From Solirubrobacterales bacterium (GTDB taxonomy: Bacteria > Actinomycetota > Thermoleophilia > Solirubrobacterales > 70-9): a stretch of DNA of 64,000 nt. Positions 9,399-18,530 of this stretch are shown here, piece after piece. The stretch spans positions 271 to 64,270 of the forward strand of contig DATKLT010000022.1 in assembly GCA_035542315.1 (NCBI GenBank), in the 5' to 3' direction. Below the pieces are notes generated by a model. It was not told where the DNA came from, searched no databases, and was given only the letters and a program-made list of their open reading frames with translations. The position numbers were made by a program, and so were the translations under genes. Every line of letters starts with the position of its first letter. The first letter of the stretch is position 1.

Positions 9399-9770
9399 AT
9401 GAAAGACGATCAGGCGTCCACCACCAGGTTCCGGGCGCTCGCGATCCTGCTCGCCGTAGTCGCCCTGGTCGGCGGCGGCACGGTGCTCTCGGCCTGTGGC
9501 AGCAACTCCAGCAGCGGCACCGAAAAGGCCAAGGAAGGGATCGAAAAGGGCGTCGAAGAAGCCGAAAAGGGCGCTGAAGAAGGGGCCGAAAAGGCCGAAA
9601 AGGGGCTCGAAGAAGCCAAGGAAGAAGCCGAAGGCGCCAAGAGCTCGGCCAAGAAGGCGATCGAAGAAGGCACCAAGGCGGCCGAAGAAGGGGCCGAAAA
9701 GGGCGCTGAAGAGGCCAAGAAGGGCGTCGAAGAAGCGAAGAAGAAGATCGAAGAAGAACTGAACAAGTAA
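9399..9770 (+). CDS. lipoprotein with E/K/A/G-rich amphipathic repeats (LEA-like low complexity)
   Basis: GGGGAGAG Shine-Dalgarno sequence before ATG 9399. Signal peptide plus lipobox LAVVALVGGGTVLSAC, then repeated EKG(A/V)EEAEK units. Confidence 0.65.
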   Translation: MKDDQASTTRFRALAILLAVVALVGGGTVLSACGSNSSSGTEKAKEGIEKGVEEAEKGAEEGAEKAEKGLEEAKEEAEGAKSSAKKAIEEGTKAAEEGAEKGAEEAKKGVEEAKKKIEEELNK

Positions 9771-9795
9771 GGGGTTAGCCGGCGCCGCCCGCGGC

Positions 9796-11532
9796 TCAAC
9801 GCGGCGCCGGCACCTGCGACGCCATCTGCGCGTAACCGGCGGCGCTCGGGTGGATCCCGGTATCGCCGCTGATCACCCAAGGCGGCCCGTGCACCGGGCC
9901 TGAGCAGAACGAGAGCGGGTGGGTGAGCAGCAGCTCGTCCTGGGTCGCGTCGATCTGGACGCTGGGGCCGTCGACCTTGTAGCCGAGCCGCGAGCACGAG
10001 TAGTGCGAGGAGTAGACCGGCGAGAGGTCGATGCCGACGTTGAAGTGCGGCGGCGTCACCACCTGCAGCCGTTTCGGGTTGACGGACGCCGCGACGGCGG
10101 CGATTTCGGCGTTCATCATCTTCGCCATCTCAGCGATCTGCAACGAGGTGTAGGCCAGCGCCGTCGACGGGATCGAGAGGTGGTACTGCATCAGGTAGAT
10201 CGTCGCGTTCGTCTTTTGGACGAGCTCGCGGTAGAGGCGTTCGAGGTTTTCGTGCAGGCCGATCTTGGCGAACGCTTCTTCGATGCATTCCTCATAGCCG
10301 CCGAAGATGTCGGCGTAGATCGCGCAGCCCATGTGGTCGACGCCGAAGAGCATTTCGGAGAGCAGCGGGTTGGCCCCGATCGTCATCAGGATGTAGTCGG
10401 GGTCTTCGGACTCGATCCGCTTGGTGATCGGGTACAGCGGCCCACCCGGCGCCCACTGGCCCGGCTCGGCGCCGCTGATCGCGACGTTCTCGTAATTAGT
10501 GATGCCGTATTCGTTGGCCCACTGCGCCGCCCAGGAAACGTTGTTGGCGAGCCCGTAGTCCGGCGCGAACTCGACTTCCCTTGCTTCGTTGTTCACGTTG
10601 ACCGAGTTCGACGAGCAGGGATCGACCAGGGTCACCGAGCCCGGCTTGCATTCGGGCAGGCTGAGCAGCGGCATCAGCTTGCCGCTGCTGTAGTAGCCGA
10701 AGCCGGCGGTGACCGAGTCGCCCATCGCCCGGACCACGACTTCGGGCACGGCGCCGACCTTGAAGACGACGGGGACCGGGGTCAGCGACAGCGTCCCCGG
10801 CGCGCCCCGTTCACCGCGGCGCGGAGCGCCGACCAGCTGCACCGAGTCGGTGCCGCGGAACTTGCGCGAGGGGCGGTAGGTCAACTTGCCGCCGCTGATC
10901 CTCGCCGTGCCGTGGGCGGGGCGACCGGCAAGCGTCCAGCGCTTGGCGACGTTGCAGACCGGCAGCCGGACGCTGATTGGACGCCGGCGCTGGAGGCGGA
11001 TCTGGGGCACGCTCGAGCAGAGCGCCTGGCCTCCCTTGGCGACGCCCAGCTTCTTGACTGCGGACCCGGTCCTGACCAGCTCCGGCTTGCCGTCGCGGTT
11101 GGCGTCGAGGCGGCCGACGGCGGCGACGTGGACCTCCCCACCCCGCGCTGCCCGGGTCTGGGCCGGGCTGAGATCGATCCGGTGAACGAAGGTGAAGCGT
11201 CGCCGGGGCTCGGGCGCGCGGGGCTTGCCGCCGTTGGCCAGCGCATGAGCCCTAAACGCTTCCAGCTCGGTGTTCTTGCCCTTGCCGCTGAAGAGAAGAA
11301 CGCTGAGGGCGATCGGATGGCCGACGAAGGCGGTCGGGTAGCTGACCTCAACCAGGATGCTGCTGCGGCCATGGCGGGGCGGCGTCAGCGCCACCCGGCC
11401 CACCCTCACCCCGTCGCCGATCGGCTTCGTCGCTCCCGAGTTCGCGGAGGCCCCAACGGGCACCGCCAGCAGGCCCAGCAAACAGGCGATCACGATGGCC
11501 CTCTTCACCGCCGGAACGGTAGCGGCAGGCAC
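9796..11532 (-). CDS. secreted SGNH/GDSL hydrolase with large N-terminal domain of unknown function
   Basis: Signal peptide VKRAIVIACLLGLLAVPVGASA. GDS block VVVRAMGDSVTAGFGYY in the C-terminal half. Confidence 0.75.
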   Translation of the reverse strand: MPAATVPAVKRAIVIACLLGLLAVPVGASANSGATKPIGDGVRVGRVALTPPRHGRSSILVEVSYPTAFVGHPIALSVLLFSGKGKNTELEAFRAHALANGGKPRAPEPRRRFTFVHRIDLSPAQTRAARGGEVHVAAVGRLDANRDGKPELVRTGSAVKKLGVAKGGQALCSSVPQIRLQRRRPISVRLPVCNVAKRWTLAGRPAHGTARISGGKLTYRPSRKFRGTDSVQLVGAPRRGERGAPGTLSLTPVPVVFKVGAVPEVVVRAMGDSVTAGFGYYSSGKLMPLLSLPECKPGSVTLVDPCSSNSVNVNNEAREVEFAPDYGLANNVSWAAQWANEYGITNYENVAISGAEPGQWAPGGPLYPITKRIESEDPDYILMTIGANPLLSEMLFGVDHMGCAIYADIFGGYEECIEEAFAKIGLHENLERLYRELVQKTNATIYLMQYHLSIPSTALAYTSLQIAEMAKMMNAEIAAVAASVNPKRLQVVTPPHFNVGIDLSPVYSSHYSCSRLGYKVDGPSVQIDATQDELLLTHPLSFCSGPVHGPPWVISGDTGIHPSAAGYAQMASQVPAPR

Positions 11533-11547
11533 GGTCGCCGGGGCCCC

Positions 11548-12933
11548 TCAGTGGCTAGTGACGAAGCGGCGGATGACGCCGACCGCCGGCGAGCGGAACG
11601 GGTAGTAGAGGCTCGAGGCGTGGCCGCGGTCGGGGACGACGTAGAGCCGCGAGCGCGGGAACCGGGCCTGGACTTCGCGCGCTTCCTTGGTCGTCGTGAT
11701 GTCGTCGACTTCGCCCGAGAGGATCAGCGTCGGCAGGCTGGCCGGGGCCTTCCAACCAGTCGGAACCGGCGGCTCCAAGCCGCCGGCGGGAGGCGCTGGC
11801 CAGTAGAGGCAGTTGGTCAAGTGGGCGGCATCCGAGAGCAGGTACTCGCGGCGCGTGAAAGGCGCGAAATGGTCGCGCGGCAACCTCGTCACCGCCTGCG
11901 AGAGTTCGCGCACCCGTTCGGGGAAGCCCCCAGCCGGGTCCCACATCAGCTTGTAGTCGTTGCACTCGACCGCGATCTCGAGCCCGTAGGAGAATTCGCG
12001 GTAGGCCCCCTGGCCGGCGGGCCCCGGAGCGATCAGCCGGTTCAGTCGCCGCGACCGTCCGGCGAGGAAGCGACGGTCGCCGTCATCGAGGCTGAGGTAA
12101 GAACGCGGCGCGAAGGAGCCCGCCTCGAGTAGGAAGGCGAGCAGGTCCTCGGTCGAGCGGTGGGCGCGGTGGAAGCGGGCGACGACCCGCGAGAAGCGGG
12201 CGACCGGATCTCCCGAGCAGCTCGGTGCCCGCAGGCAGGCGATCCGCAGGCCGCGCAGGCCGGCCGGCAGGATGTTCGGGTAGTAGGGCTCGTTCGCCGG
12301 GTAGGCCGAATCGAGGATCAGGCCGCGCAGCGAGTCCGGATAGCGGACCGCGTAGGCCTGGCCGAACAGGGTCCCGTAGGAGTCGCCGTAGTAGAAGACC
12401 TTGCCGAGCCCGAGCGCCCGGCGCACGGCGTCGAGGTCGTTGGCGGCTTCGCCGCTGGTGTAGCCGGCGAAGCTCGGGCCGAGCTGGTTGGCGCACTCGC
12501 CGATCGCGGTCGCTTCCGGGACGAGACCCCGCTGCAGCCCCGGGCAGTCGACCGCGTCGGAGCGGCCGGTTCCCCGCTCGTCGAAGAGCACGAGGTCGTA
12601 GCGATGCAGCAGCGGCGCCAGCACCGCAACCAGCGAACGGGCGAACGGCGGCGCGGTGGAGGCGTAGCCGGGACCGCCGTCCATCGCCATGATCGTTCCC
12701 AGCGGCGGCCGCGAGCGGTCGGCGCGAGTGCGGACTGCGAAGGCGACCTTCGTCGTCCCCAGCTCGGGATCGCCACGGCGCATCGGCACCATGATGTGCC
12801 CGCAACGGAAGGGGCGCGGCGGGCCCAGGCCGCAGGGCGCCAGCTTCGGCGCCGCGGCGGCAGCCTGCGGCGACGCGCACAGCAATACAGTCAGCGCCAG
12901 TGGAGCGAGCGAGCAGCGAAGCAGTGCCCTCAC
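11548..12933 (-). CDS. secreted alpha/beta hydrolase (S33 tripeptidyl-aminopeptidase-like)
   Basis: Signal peptide MRALLRCSLAPLALTVLLCASPQAAAA. LFDERGTGRS and nucleophile elbow YYGDSYGT. Confidence 0.8.
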   Translation of the reverse strand: MRALLRCSLAPLALTVLLCASPQAAAAAPKLAPCGLGPPRPFRCGHIMVPMRRGDPELGTTKVAFAVRTRADRSRPPLGTIMAMDGGPGYASTAPPFARSLVAVLAPLLHRYDLVLFDERGTGRSDAVDCPGLQRGLVPEATAIGECANQLGPSFAGYTSGEAANDLDAVRRALGLGKVFYYGDSYGTLFGQAYAVRYPDSLRGLILDSAYPANEPYYPNILPAGLRGLRIACLRAPSCSGDPVARFSRVVARFHRAHRSTEDLLAFLLEAGSFAPRSYLSLDDGDRRFLAGRSRRLNRLIAPGPAGQGAYREFSYGLEIAVECNDYKLMWDPAGGFPERVRELSQAVTRLPRDHFAPFTRREYLLSDAAHLTNCLYWPAPPAGGLEPPVPTGWKAPASLPTLILSGEVDDITTTKEAREVQARFPRSRLYVVPDRGHASSLYYPFRSPAVGVIRRFVTSH

Positions 12934-14009
12934 AGGCTCAACCTAGATCAATCGCGCAGCGCCTGGCGCGAATCGCGATCTGGGTCGGCGGCGTCGCCCT
13001 GCTGCTCTTCGTCCTCAACCTGCTCGGGATTCCCGCCGAGGACTGGATCCGCGAACTGTTCCGCAAGATCGGCGACATCCCGCCCTGGGCGATCGTCTCG
13101 GCGCTGGTGCTGCAGACGGTGCAGACCGCGCTGGCGGCGCTCGCCTGGCACGGCATCCTGCGCGCCGCACTGCCGCGGGAGCGCGTCTCCTACCGGCTGA
13201 TCCTCGCCTGCTACGCGGTCGCGGTCGCCCTCAACACCTTCCTGCCGGCCAACATCGGCACCTGGGTGATGCTGCTGATGTTCACCGCCCTCTTCGCCAG
13301 CGCGACGCTGACGCTGGTGATCTCGGCGATCGTCGTCCAGAAGATCCCCTTCTCGATCTTCAACGTCGCCCTCTACGTCTACCTCTTCCTCTCGGTCAGC
13401 GGCTCGTTCGGGATCAAGCTCGGCTTCGTCGAAGATCACACGCTGCTGATCGTCGCGATCCTCATCGGCGCCGTCGTCCTCCTCGCCATGCTCGGGCGCG
13501 CCCTCTGGCCGCGACTGGAGAAGCTGCGCCGCGAGGCGGCGGCGGGTGGCGCGATCCTGCGCAGCCCGCGGCGCACGTTCACCGACCTCTTCCTGCCGGA
13601 GCTGGGGAGCTACCTGGCGCGGCTGGCGATCGTCGGCGTCTTCCTCGGCGCCTACGGGATCCCGGTCACCTTCCACAACGTCGCCACGGTCACCGCCTCA
13701 AACTCGATCTCCAACAGCGTCTCGGCGACGCCGGGCGGGGTCGGCGTGACGCAGGCGATGAACACGGCGGCGCTGGCCGGCTCGACCGACGCCCAAACCG
13801 CCACCGCCTACTCGATCGGCCAGCAGCTCGTGACCTCGGCCTGGAACATCCTCTTCGCCATGGTCATGGTCTGCTGGGTGTTCGGCTGGAGCGGGGGCAA
13901 GACCCTGGTCGAGTCGTCCTACGCGGACGCGAAAGTGAAGAGCGAGGAGATGCGAGAACGGCGCAGGAAACGCAAGCGGCAGGAGTCCGAGCAGGAGGAG
14001 ACCGCGTGA
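12900..14009 (+). CDS. flippase-like / lysylphosphatidylglycerol-synthase-TM-type (UPF0104) membrane protein
   Basis: 369 aa with about 8 TM spans, then a K/E/R tail. The only in-frame starts (GTG 12900, GTG 12924) overlap the divergent hydrolase start at 12933, so the start is uncertain. Confidence 0.65.
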   Translation: MERASSEAVPSQAQPRSIAQRLARIAIWVGGVALLLFVLNLLGIPAEDWIRELFRKIGDIPPWAIVSALVLQTVQTALAALAWHGILRAALPRERVSYRLILACYAVAVALNTFLPANIGTWVMLLMFTALFASATLTLVISAIVVQKIPFSIFNVALYVYLFLSVSGSFGIKLGFVEDHTLLIVAILIGAVVLLAMLGRALWPRLEKLRREAAAGGAILRSPRRTFTDLFLPELGSYLARLAIVGVFLGAYGIPVTFHNVATVTASNSISNSVSATPGGVGVTQAMNTAALAGSTDAQTATAYSIGQQLVTSAWNILFAMVMVCWVFGWSGGKTLVESSYADAKVKSEEMRERRRKRKRQESEQEETA

Positions 14010-14950
14010 TCGGCGAGCGCGAGGTCGAAGGGGTTGCGACTCTGACCCTGGCCAGCGAGGGCGCCGACGGGATCGAGGTCGCCTTCGCGCCGGGCGCCGG
14101 CATGGTCGCCTGCTCGCTACGGCACCGCGGCGAGGAGCTGCTCGGGATGCGGCACGGCCTCGCTGCCTACGCCGAGCAGGGCAAGACGCTCGGGATCCCG
14201 CTGCTCTACCCCTGGGCCAACCGGCTCGGGGAGCGCCGCTTCCCGGTCGCCGGGCGCGAAATCGACCTCACCGTCCCGGGCCTGCGGCTCTCCACCGACG
14301 CCAGTGGGCTGCCGATCCACGGCCTGCTCGCCGGCTCCCCCGGCTGGGAGGTCGAAAGCCACGAAAGCGAGGGGGACGGAGGCGTCCTCGTCGCCGGGTT
14401 CGACCTGGAGGCGCACCCCGGGCTGCTCGCCGCCTTCCCCTTTCCCCACCGGCTGCGCTACGAGGCGCGACTCGCCGGCGGCGAGCTGACGATCGCGGTC
14501 ACCGTCCTCGCCCGCGGCCGCGCGGTACCCGTCTCCTTCGGCTTCCATCCGTATTTCTGCCTGCCGGGAGTTGAGCGCGAGGCCTGGGAGGTCGAGATCC
14601 CGGTCTCTGAGCGGCTGCTGCTCGATCGCTCGATGCTGCCGATCGGGGCAAGCGAGCCGCTCTCCATCGAGCCAGGTCCGCTCGCCGACCGCAGCTTCGA
14701 CGACGCCTTCGCGGCACCGCGCGGCGGCGCCCCGTTCGTCCTCGCCGGCGGCGGCCACCGGATCGAGGTCCGACTCGGCGAGGGCTACCCGTTCGCCCAG
14801 GTCTTCGCCCCGGCCGAGGACGCCGTGATCGCCTTCGAGCCGATGACCGCGCCGACCAACGCGCTGGTCGAGGGGGGCGCCGAGCTGCCCCTGGTCGCCC
14901 CCGGCGGCTCGTTCACGGCCAGCTTCGCGATCGCCGTCGGCGGCGCCTGA
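14006..14950 (+). CDS. aldose 1-epimerase-family protein
   Basis: GIPLLYPWANRL ... LPIHGLL ... FGFHPYF motifs. 4-nt overlap with the upstream gene. Confidence 0.8.
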   Translation: MIGEREVEGVATLTLASEGADGIEVAFAPGAGMVACSLRHRGEELLGMRHGLAAYAEQGKTLGIPLLYPWANRLGERRFPVAGREIDLTVPGLRLSTDASGLPIHGLLAGSPGWEVESHESEGDGGVLVAGFDLEAHPGLLAAFPFPHRLRYEARLAGGELTIAVTVLARGRAVPVSFGFHPYFCLPGVEREAWEVEIPVSERLLLDRSMLPIGASEPLSIEPGPLADRSFDDAFAAPRGGAPFVLAGGGHRIEVRLGEGYPFAQVFAPAEDAVIAFEPMTAPTNALVEGGAELPLVAPGGSFTASFAIAVGGA

Positions 14951-15016
14951 GCTGCAAGCGAAGTTGCAGCGCTCACCGCGGTTCGGACATCCGTCGAGAC
15001 AGGGGCTGGCTCCCTA

Positions 15017-16651
15017 ATGAAACGGCTCGCCGCCTTCTCCATCGCCGCCGCCTTGATCGCGGCCTCCGCGCTCGGCCTCTCGGCCTGCGGCTCCTCCTCG
15101 GGCTCCGGTCGCGAGGGCGGGACGCTGCGCGCCACCTACGGGTCCTTCCCCTCCTACCTCGACCCGGCCCTGGCCTACGACATCGAAGGCTATACGGCGA
15201 TGTACGACACCTACATCCCCTTGCTCACCTACGCCCACGCTTCCGGCGCCGCGGGCAGCAAGGTGGTCCCCGGCCTCGCCAAGGCGCTGCCCGAGCTGAG
15301 CGACGGCGGCAAGACCTACACCCTCTTCCTCCGTCCAGGCCTGCGCTACTCCGACGGCACCCCGGTTCGCGCCTCGGACTTCGCCCGCACCGTCGAACGC
15401 CTCTTCGAGATCAACTCCCCCGGCTCCCCCTTCTACGAAGGGATCGTCGGTGCCGAAGCGTTTGCGGCCGGCAAGGCGAAGGACATCAGCGGGATCGAAA
15501 CGGACGACAAGAGCGGCAAGATCGTCATCCACCTGACCGAACCGCGCGGCACCTTCGAGAACGAGCTGGCGATGCTGTTCGTCGCGCCCCTCCCCCCCGG
15601 CACGCCAGCCGAAGACCTGACCGCCTCGCCGCCGCCGGCGACCGGTCCCTACGTGATCACCGCCTCACACCCCGGCCGCGGCTGGGAATACGAGCGCAAC
15701 CCGCAGTGGCCGAAGGCCAACGAGAGGCTGCTGCCGCAGATCCCCAGCGGTCACGTCGACAAGATCGACGTGACCGTGATCCGCAATCCCCAGACGCAGG
15801 TGGCCGACGTCGAACAGGGCCGCTTCGACTGGATGCAGAACACGCCGCCGGCCAGCAGCCTCGCCAGCGTCCGCGACAAGTTCGAAGGCACCCAGTTCCG
15901 GGTCGAGCCGCAGATCGACACCTACTTCTTCTGGATGAACACGACGCAGGCGCCCTTCGACGACGTCCGCGTCCGCCAGGCCGTCAACTACGCGGTCGAT
16001 TCGCGGGCGCTGGAACGGATCTACGCCGGGCTGCTGAAGGGCGGCCAGCAGGTGCTGCCGCCGGGGATGCCGGGCTACCAGAGGTTCGCCCTCTACCCGC
16101 ACGACATGAAGAAGGCAAAGGAACTGATCGCCGAAGCGAACCCGGGCGACCGCGAAATCACGGTCTGGACCGACAGCGAAAGCCCCAACGACGAAGCGGG
16201 CGAATACTACGAGGGGGTGCTGCGCGAACTCGGCTTCCAGACCAAGCTGAAGATCGTCAACCCCGACAACTACTTCGTGATCGCGACCAACCTCTCGACC
16301 CCGGACCTCGACACCGGCTGGAGCAACTGGGTCGAGGACTACCCCCACCCCAACGACTTCTTCCAGCCGTTGCTGGACGGCGAAAGCATCGCTCCCACCA
16401 ACAACACCAACTGGGCCCAGATCGACGTCCCGGGGCTGAACGCGAAGATCCACCAGCTCGGCTCCGAAAGGCTCGGGCCCAAGCAGGAAGCCGAATACGC
16501 CGCGCTCGACCGTGAATACATGGAAGAAGCGCCCTGGGCTCCTTACGGCAGCCTCTCCGCCACCACCTTCGTCGCCAGCGACGTCGACCTCGACAAGGTC
16601 GTCTTCAACCCGACCTTCGGTCAGGACCTGGCCAGCTTCCAGTTCAAGTAG
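15017..16651 (+). CDS. ABC-transporter substrate-binding lipoprotein, peptide/nickel family (SBP_bac_5)
   Basis: Lipobox AALIAASALGLSAC. Family-5-type body (YSDGTPVRASDFARTVERL, FFWMNTTQAPFDDVRVRQAVNYAVD). Confidence 0.85.
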   Translation: MKRLAAFSIAAALIAASALGLSACGSSSGSGREGGTLRATYGSFPSYLDPALAYDIEGYTAMYDTYIPLLTYAHASGAAGSKVVPGLAKALPELSDGGKTYTLFLRPGLRYSDGTPVRASDFARTVERLFEINSPGSPFYEGIVGAEAFAAGKAKDISGIETDDKSGKIVIHLTEPRGTFENELAMLFVAPLPPGTPAEDLTASPPPATGPYVITASHPGRGWEYERNPQWPKANERLLPQIPSGHVDKIDVTVIRNPQTQVADVEQGRFDWMQNTPPASSLASVRDKFEGTQFRVEPQIDTYFFWMNTTQAPFDDVRVRQAVNYAVDSRALERIYAGLLKGGQQVLPPGMPGYQRFALYPHDMKKAKELIAEANPGDREITVWTDSESPNDEAGEYYEGVLRELGFQTKLKIVNPDNYFVIATNLSTPDLDTGWSNWVEDYPHPNDFFQPLLDGESIAPTNNTNWAQIDVPGLNAKIHQLGSERLGPKQEAEYAALDREYMEEAPWAPYGSLSATTFVASDVDLDKVVFNPTFGQDLASFQFK

Positions 16652-17852
16652 GGCGGCGCCGGTAGGCGGCTTCCAGGGCCCGCAGCGCGTTGCCGAACAG
16701 CATCGCCTCGGCGTGCTCGGGGTAGTCCCCGTGCAGCGCCTCGGCCAGCGGCGCCAGGTCGCGCGCCATTTCGATCCCGCCGACCATCGGTTTGATGAAG
16801 CCGTCGAGGTCGCTGCCGAGACCGATGTGCCGGTAGGAGCCGGTCAGCTCGTGCAGCTTGCCGATGTGAAAGCGGACGCTGCGCAGCGTCGTCGCGAGGT
16901 CTCCCGGGTCGTCCTCGTGGAGGCCGTCGTTGAGCAGGTGGTGGGCCATGATCAGGCCGACGACGCCGTCGCGGGCGGCGACGGCGCGAACCGTGTCGGC
17001 GCTCAGCATGTAGCTGTGTTCGCCGAAGCGGTAGCCGGCGTGGGTCGCCAGCACGGGGTAGGCGGTCGGGTCGTTGCCCTCGCGATCGTCGAGCTCGGCG
17101 AGCAGGGCAAAGGTCTCGTCGATCGCCCGCTGGCGCATGTGGCTGATGTCGATCAGGACCCCGTGGCGGTACATCGCCCTCACCGCCGCCTCGCCGAGGG
17201 CGCTGAGGCCGACCTCGTCGGGCTGGGAGAAGACGAAGTCGTACTGACCGTCGGAGAGGTTGGGAAGCGCCGGCGCGTTGGTCGCGACATGGCGCCAGAA
17301 GAGGTGGGCCAGGGTGATGTAGCCGACCCCCTGATCGGCCAGCGCCTTTATCCGGCCGTCGATCTCCTCCGGATCGGCGCCGAGGTGGGCGCCGCCCTCG
17401 ACGCAGTGGACGAAGCGGATCGTGTCGTCCCTGCCGGCGCCCTCGAGCTGGGAGGCATGGTTCACGATCACGTGGGCCGGACCACCGTCTCGTTCGCGTG
17501 TCAGGTCTTCGTTGACTTCCTCGAGGTGGTCGGTCAGCTCCTTGAAGCTGTGCTCCTCGGGGTGCCCGCTCAGCCACTCCTCGATCCCGAGCTCGGTCTC
17601 CGGCACGTAGAGGACCGAGAAGACGAGGCGGACGCCGCCGCGGTCGAGCTCCTCTAGATTGACCAGCCACTCTTCCTTCTTGCCGAAATTGAGCCTCTGC
17701 GCCGCCCAGCGGACGAGGATCGCGCGGATCTTGTTCCAGAGGCGCCGTTTCTTGATCTTGCGCAGCGGCCTGACGAACGGGTCGCCGCCGTCTTCTTCGG
17801 CCAGCAGGTGCATCGGGTAGTGGCAGTGCAGGTCGGCGATCTGGTGCTGCAT
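16644..17852 (-). CDS. M19-type (membrane) dipeptidase-like metallohydrolase
   Basis: Only the last 402 codons of track ORF 16644..19229 look real. MQHQIADLHCHYPMH ... IGLGSDLDGF (GxDxDG block). GGAGGA Shine-Dalgarno sequence before ATG 17852. The upstream 459 codons are R/P/G-rich antisense of lspA/lgt. Confidence 0.75.
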   Translation of the reverse strand: MQHQIADLHCHYPMHLLAEEDGGDPFVRPLRKIKKRRLWNKIRAILVRWAAQRLNFGKKEEWLVNLEELDRGGVRLVFSVLYVPETELGIEEWLSGHPEEHSFKELTDHLEEVNEDLTRERDGGPAHVIVNHASQLEGAGRDDTIRFVHCVEGGAHLGADPEEIDGRIKALADQGVGYITLAHLFWRHVATNAPALPNLSDGQYDFVFSQPDEVGLSALGEAAVRAMYRHGVLIDISHMRQRAIDETFALLAELDDREGNDPTAYPVLATHAGYRFGEHSYMLSADTVRAVAARDGVVGLIMAHHLLNDGLHEDDPGDLATTLRSVRFHIGKLHELTGSYRHIGLGSDLDGFIKPMVGGIEMARDLAPLAEALHGDYPEHAEAMLFGNALRALEAAYRRRPT

Positions 17853-17953
17853 CTCACTCCTCCTTTGGGCTGGCACCCGCGGCAGCGTCTCATACCTCAT
17901 GGGTACCTGAGTGTTCCGTTCTCCCCGAAGGCGTCTTCCGCGATCATTGGGGC

Positions 17954-18523
17954 ATGGCTCCCGCTTCGCCCGAAGACAGCAGTGCGCTGCGCCGGCTGCT
18001 CGGACCGGGATCGAGGCTCGGCCTGGTCGCCGCGATCGCCGCCGCGGTCGTCGCCGTCGACCAGGTGACGAAGCTGCTCGCGGTCCAGTTCCTCGAGGGC
18101 GAGGACCGGATCGAAATCCTCGGCGGCCTCGTCCAGCTCCAGTTCTTCCGCAACTTCGCCGGCCCCAACAACCTCTTCGGCGGCCACACCGTGCTGATCT
18201 CGGTCTTCGCGATCCTCGCCGTGATCGTCCTCCTCGTGATCGCCTTCCGGATCTCGACCACGGCCGCCGCAATCGCCGTCGGGCTGCTGCTCGGCGGCGC
18301 ACTCGGCAACCTGATCGACCGCATCGTGCGCGAGCCCTCGCCGCTGCACGGCGGCGTCGTCGACTGGCTGAAGCTGACCTCGCTCTCGAAGTCGATGAAC
18401 GTCGCCGACCTGGCGATCGACGCCGCGGTCGTGGTGATGTTGGTGACGGCGGTGCTCGCCTGGTGGCGGGACCGCGAGGACGAGCGGCGGGCGCAGGGCG
18501 AGCCACGGGCGGGAGAGCGTTGA
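17954..18523 (+). CDS. lspA: lipoprotein signal peptidase II
   Basis: VAVDQVTKLLA, GGALGNLIDR, VVDWL, NVADLAIDAAVV are canonical LspA boxes. Confidence 0.85.
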   Translation: MAPASPEDSSALRRLLGPGSRLGLVAAIAAAVVAVDQVTKLLAVQFLEGEDRIEILGGLVQLQFFRNFAGPNNLFGGHTVLISVFAILAVIVLLVIAFRISTTAAAIAVGLLLGGALGNLIDRIVREPSPLHGGVVDWLKLTSLSKSMNVADLAIDAAVVVMLVTAVLAWWRDREDERRAQGEPRAGER

Positions 18524-18530
18524 AGCTAGT

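Noticed and set aside
9500-9760. Repetitive purine-rich tract as a CRISPR-like or tandem non-coding repeat
   Set aside because: The units are imperfect and in frame, and they translate into a continuous E/K/A repeat protein behind a lipoprotein signal peptide. There is no spacer-repeat periodicity.
9919-12132. 737-aa + strand ORF
   Set aside because: It is antisense to the SGNH hydrolase and the S33 hydrolase. The composition is dominated by R/G/D/V with no motifs. A typical shadow ORF.
14951-14972. Hairpin GCTGCAA-gcgaag-TTGCAGC after the aldose epimerase stop, as a terminator
   Set aside because: The stem is only 7 bp with no U-tract, and the next gene starts 45 nt later on the same strand. 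Not enough to call.
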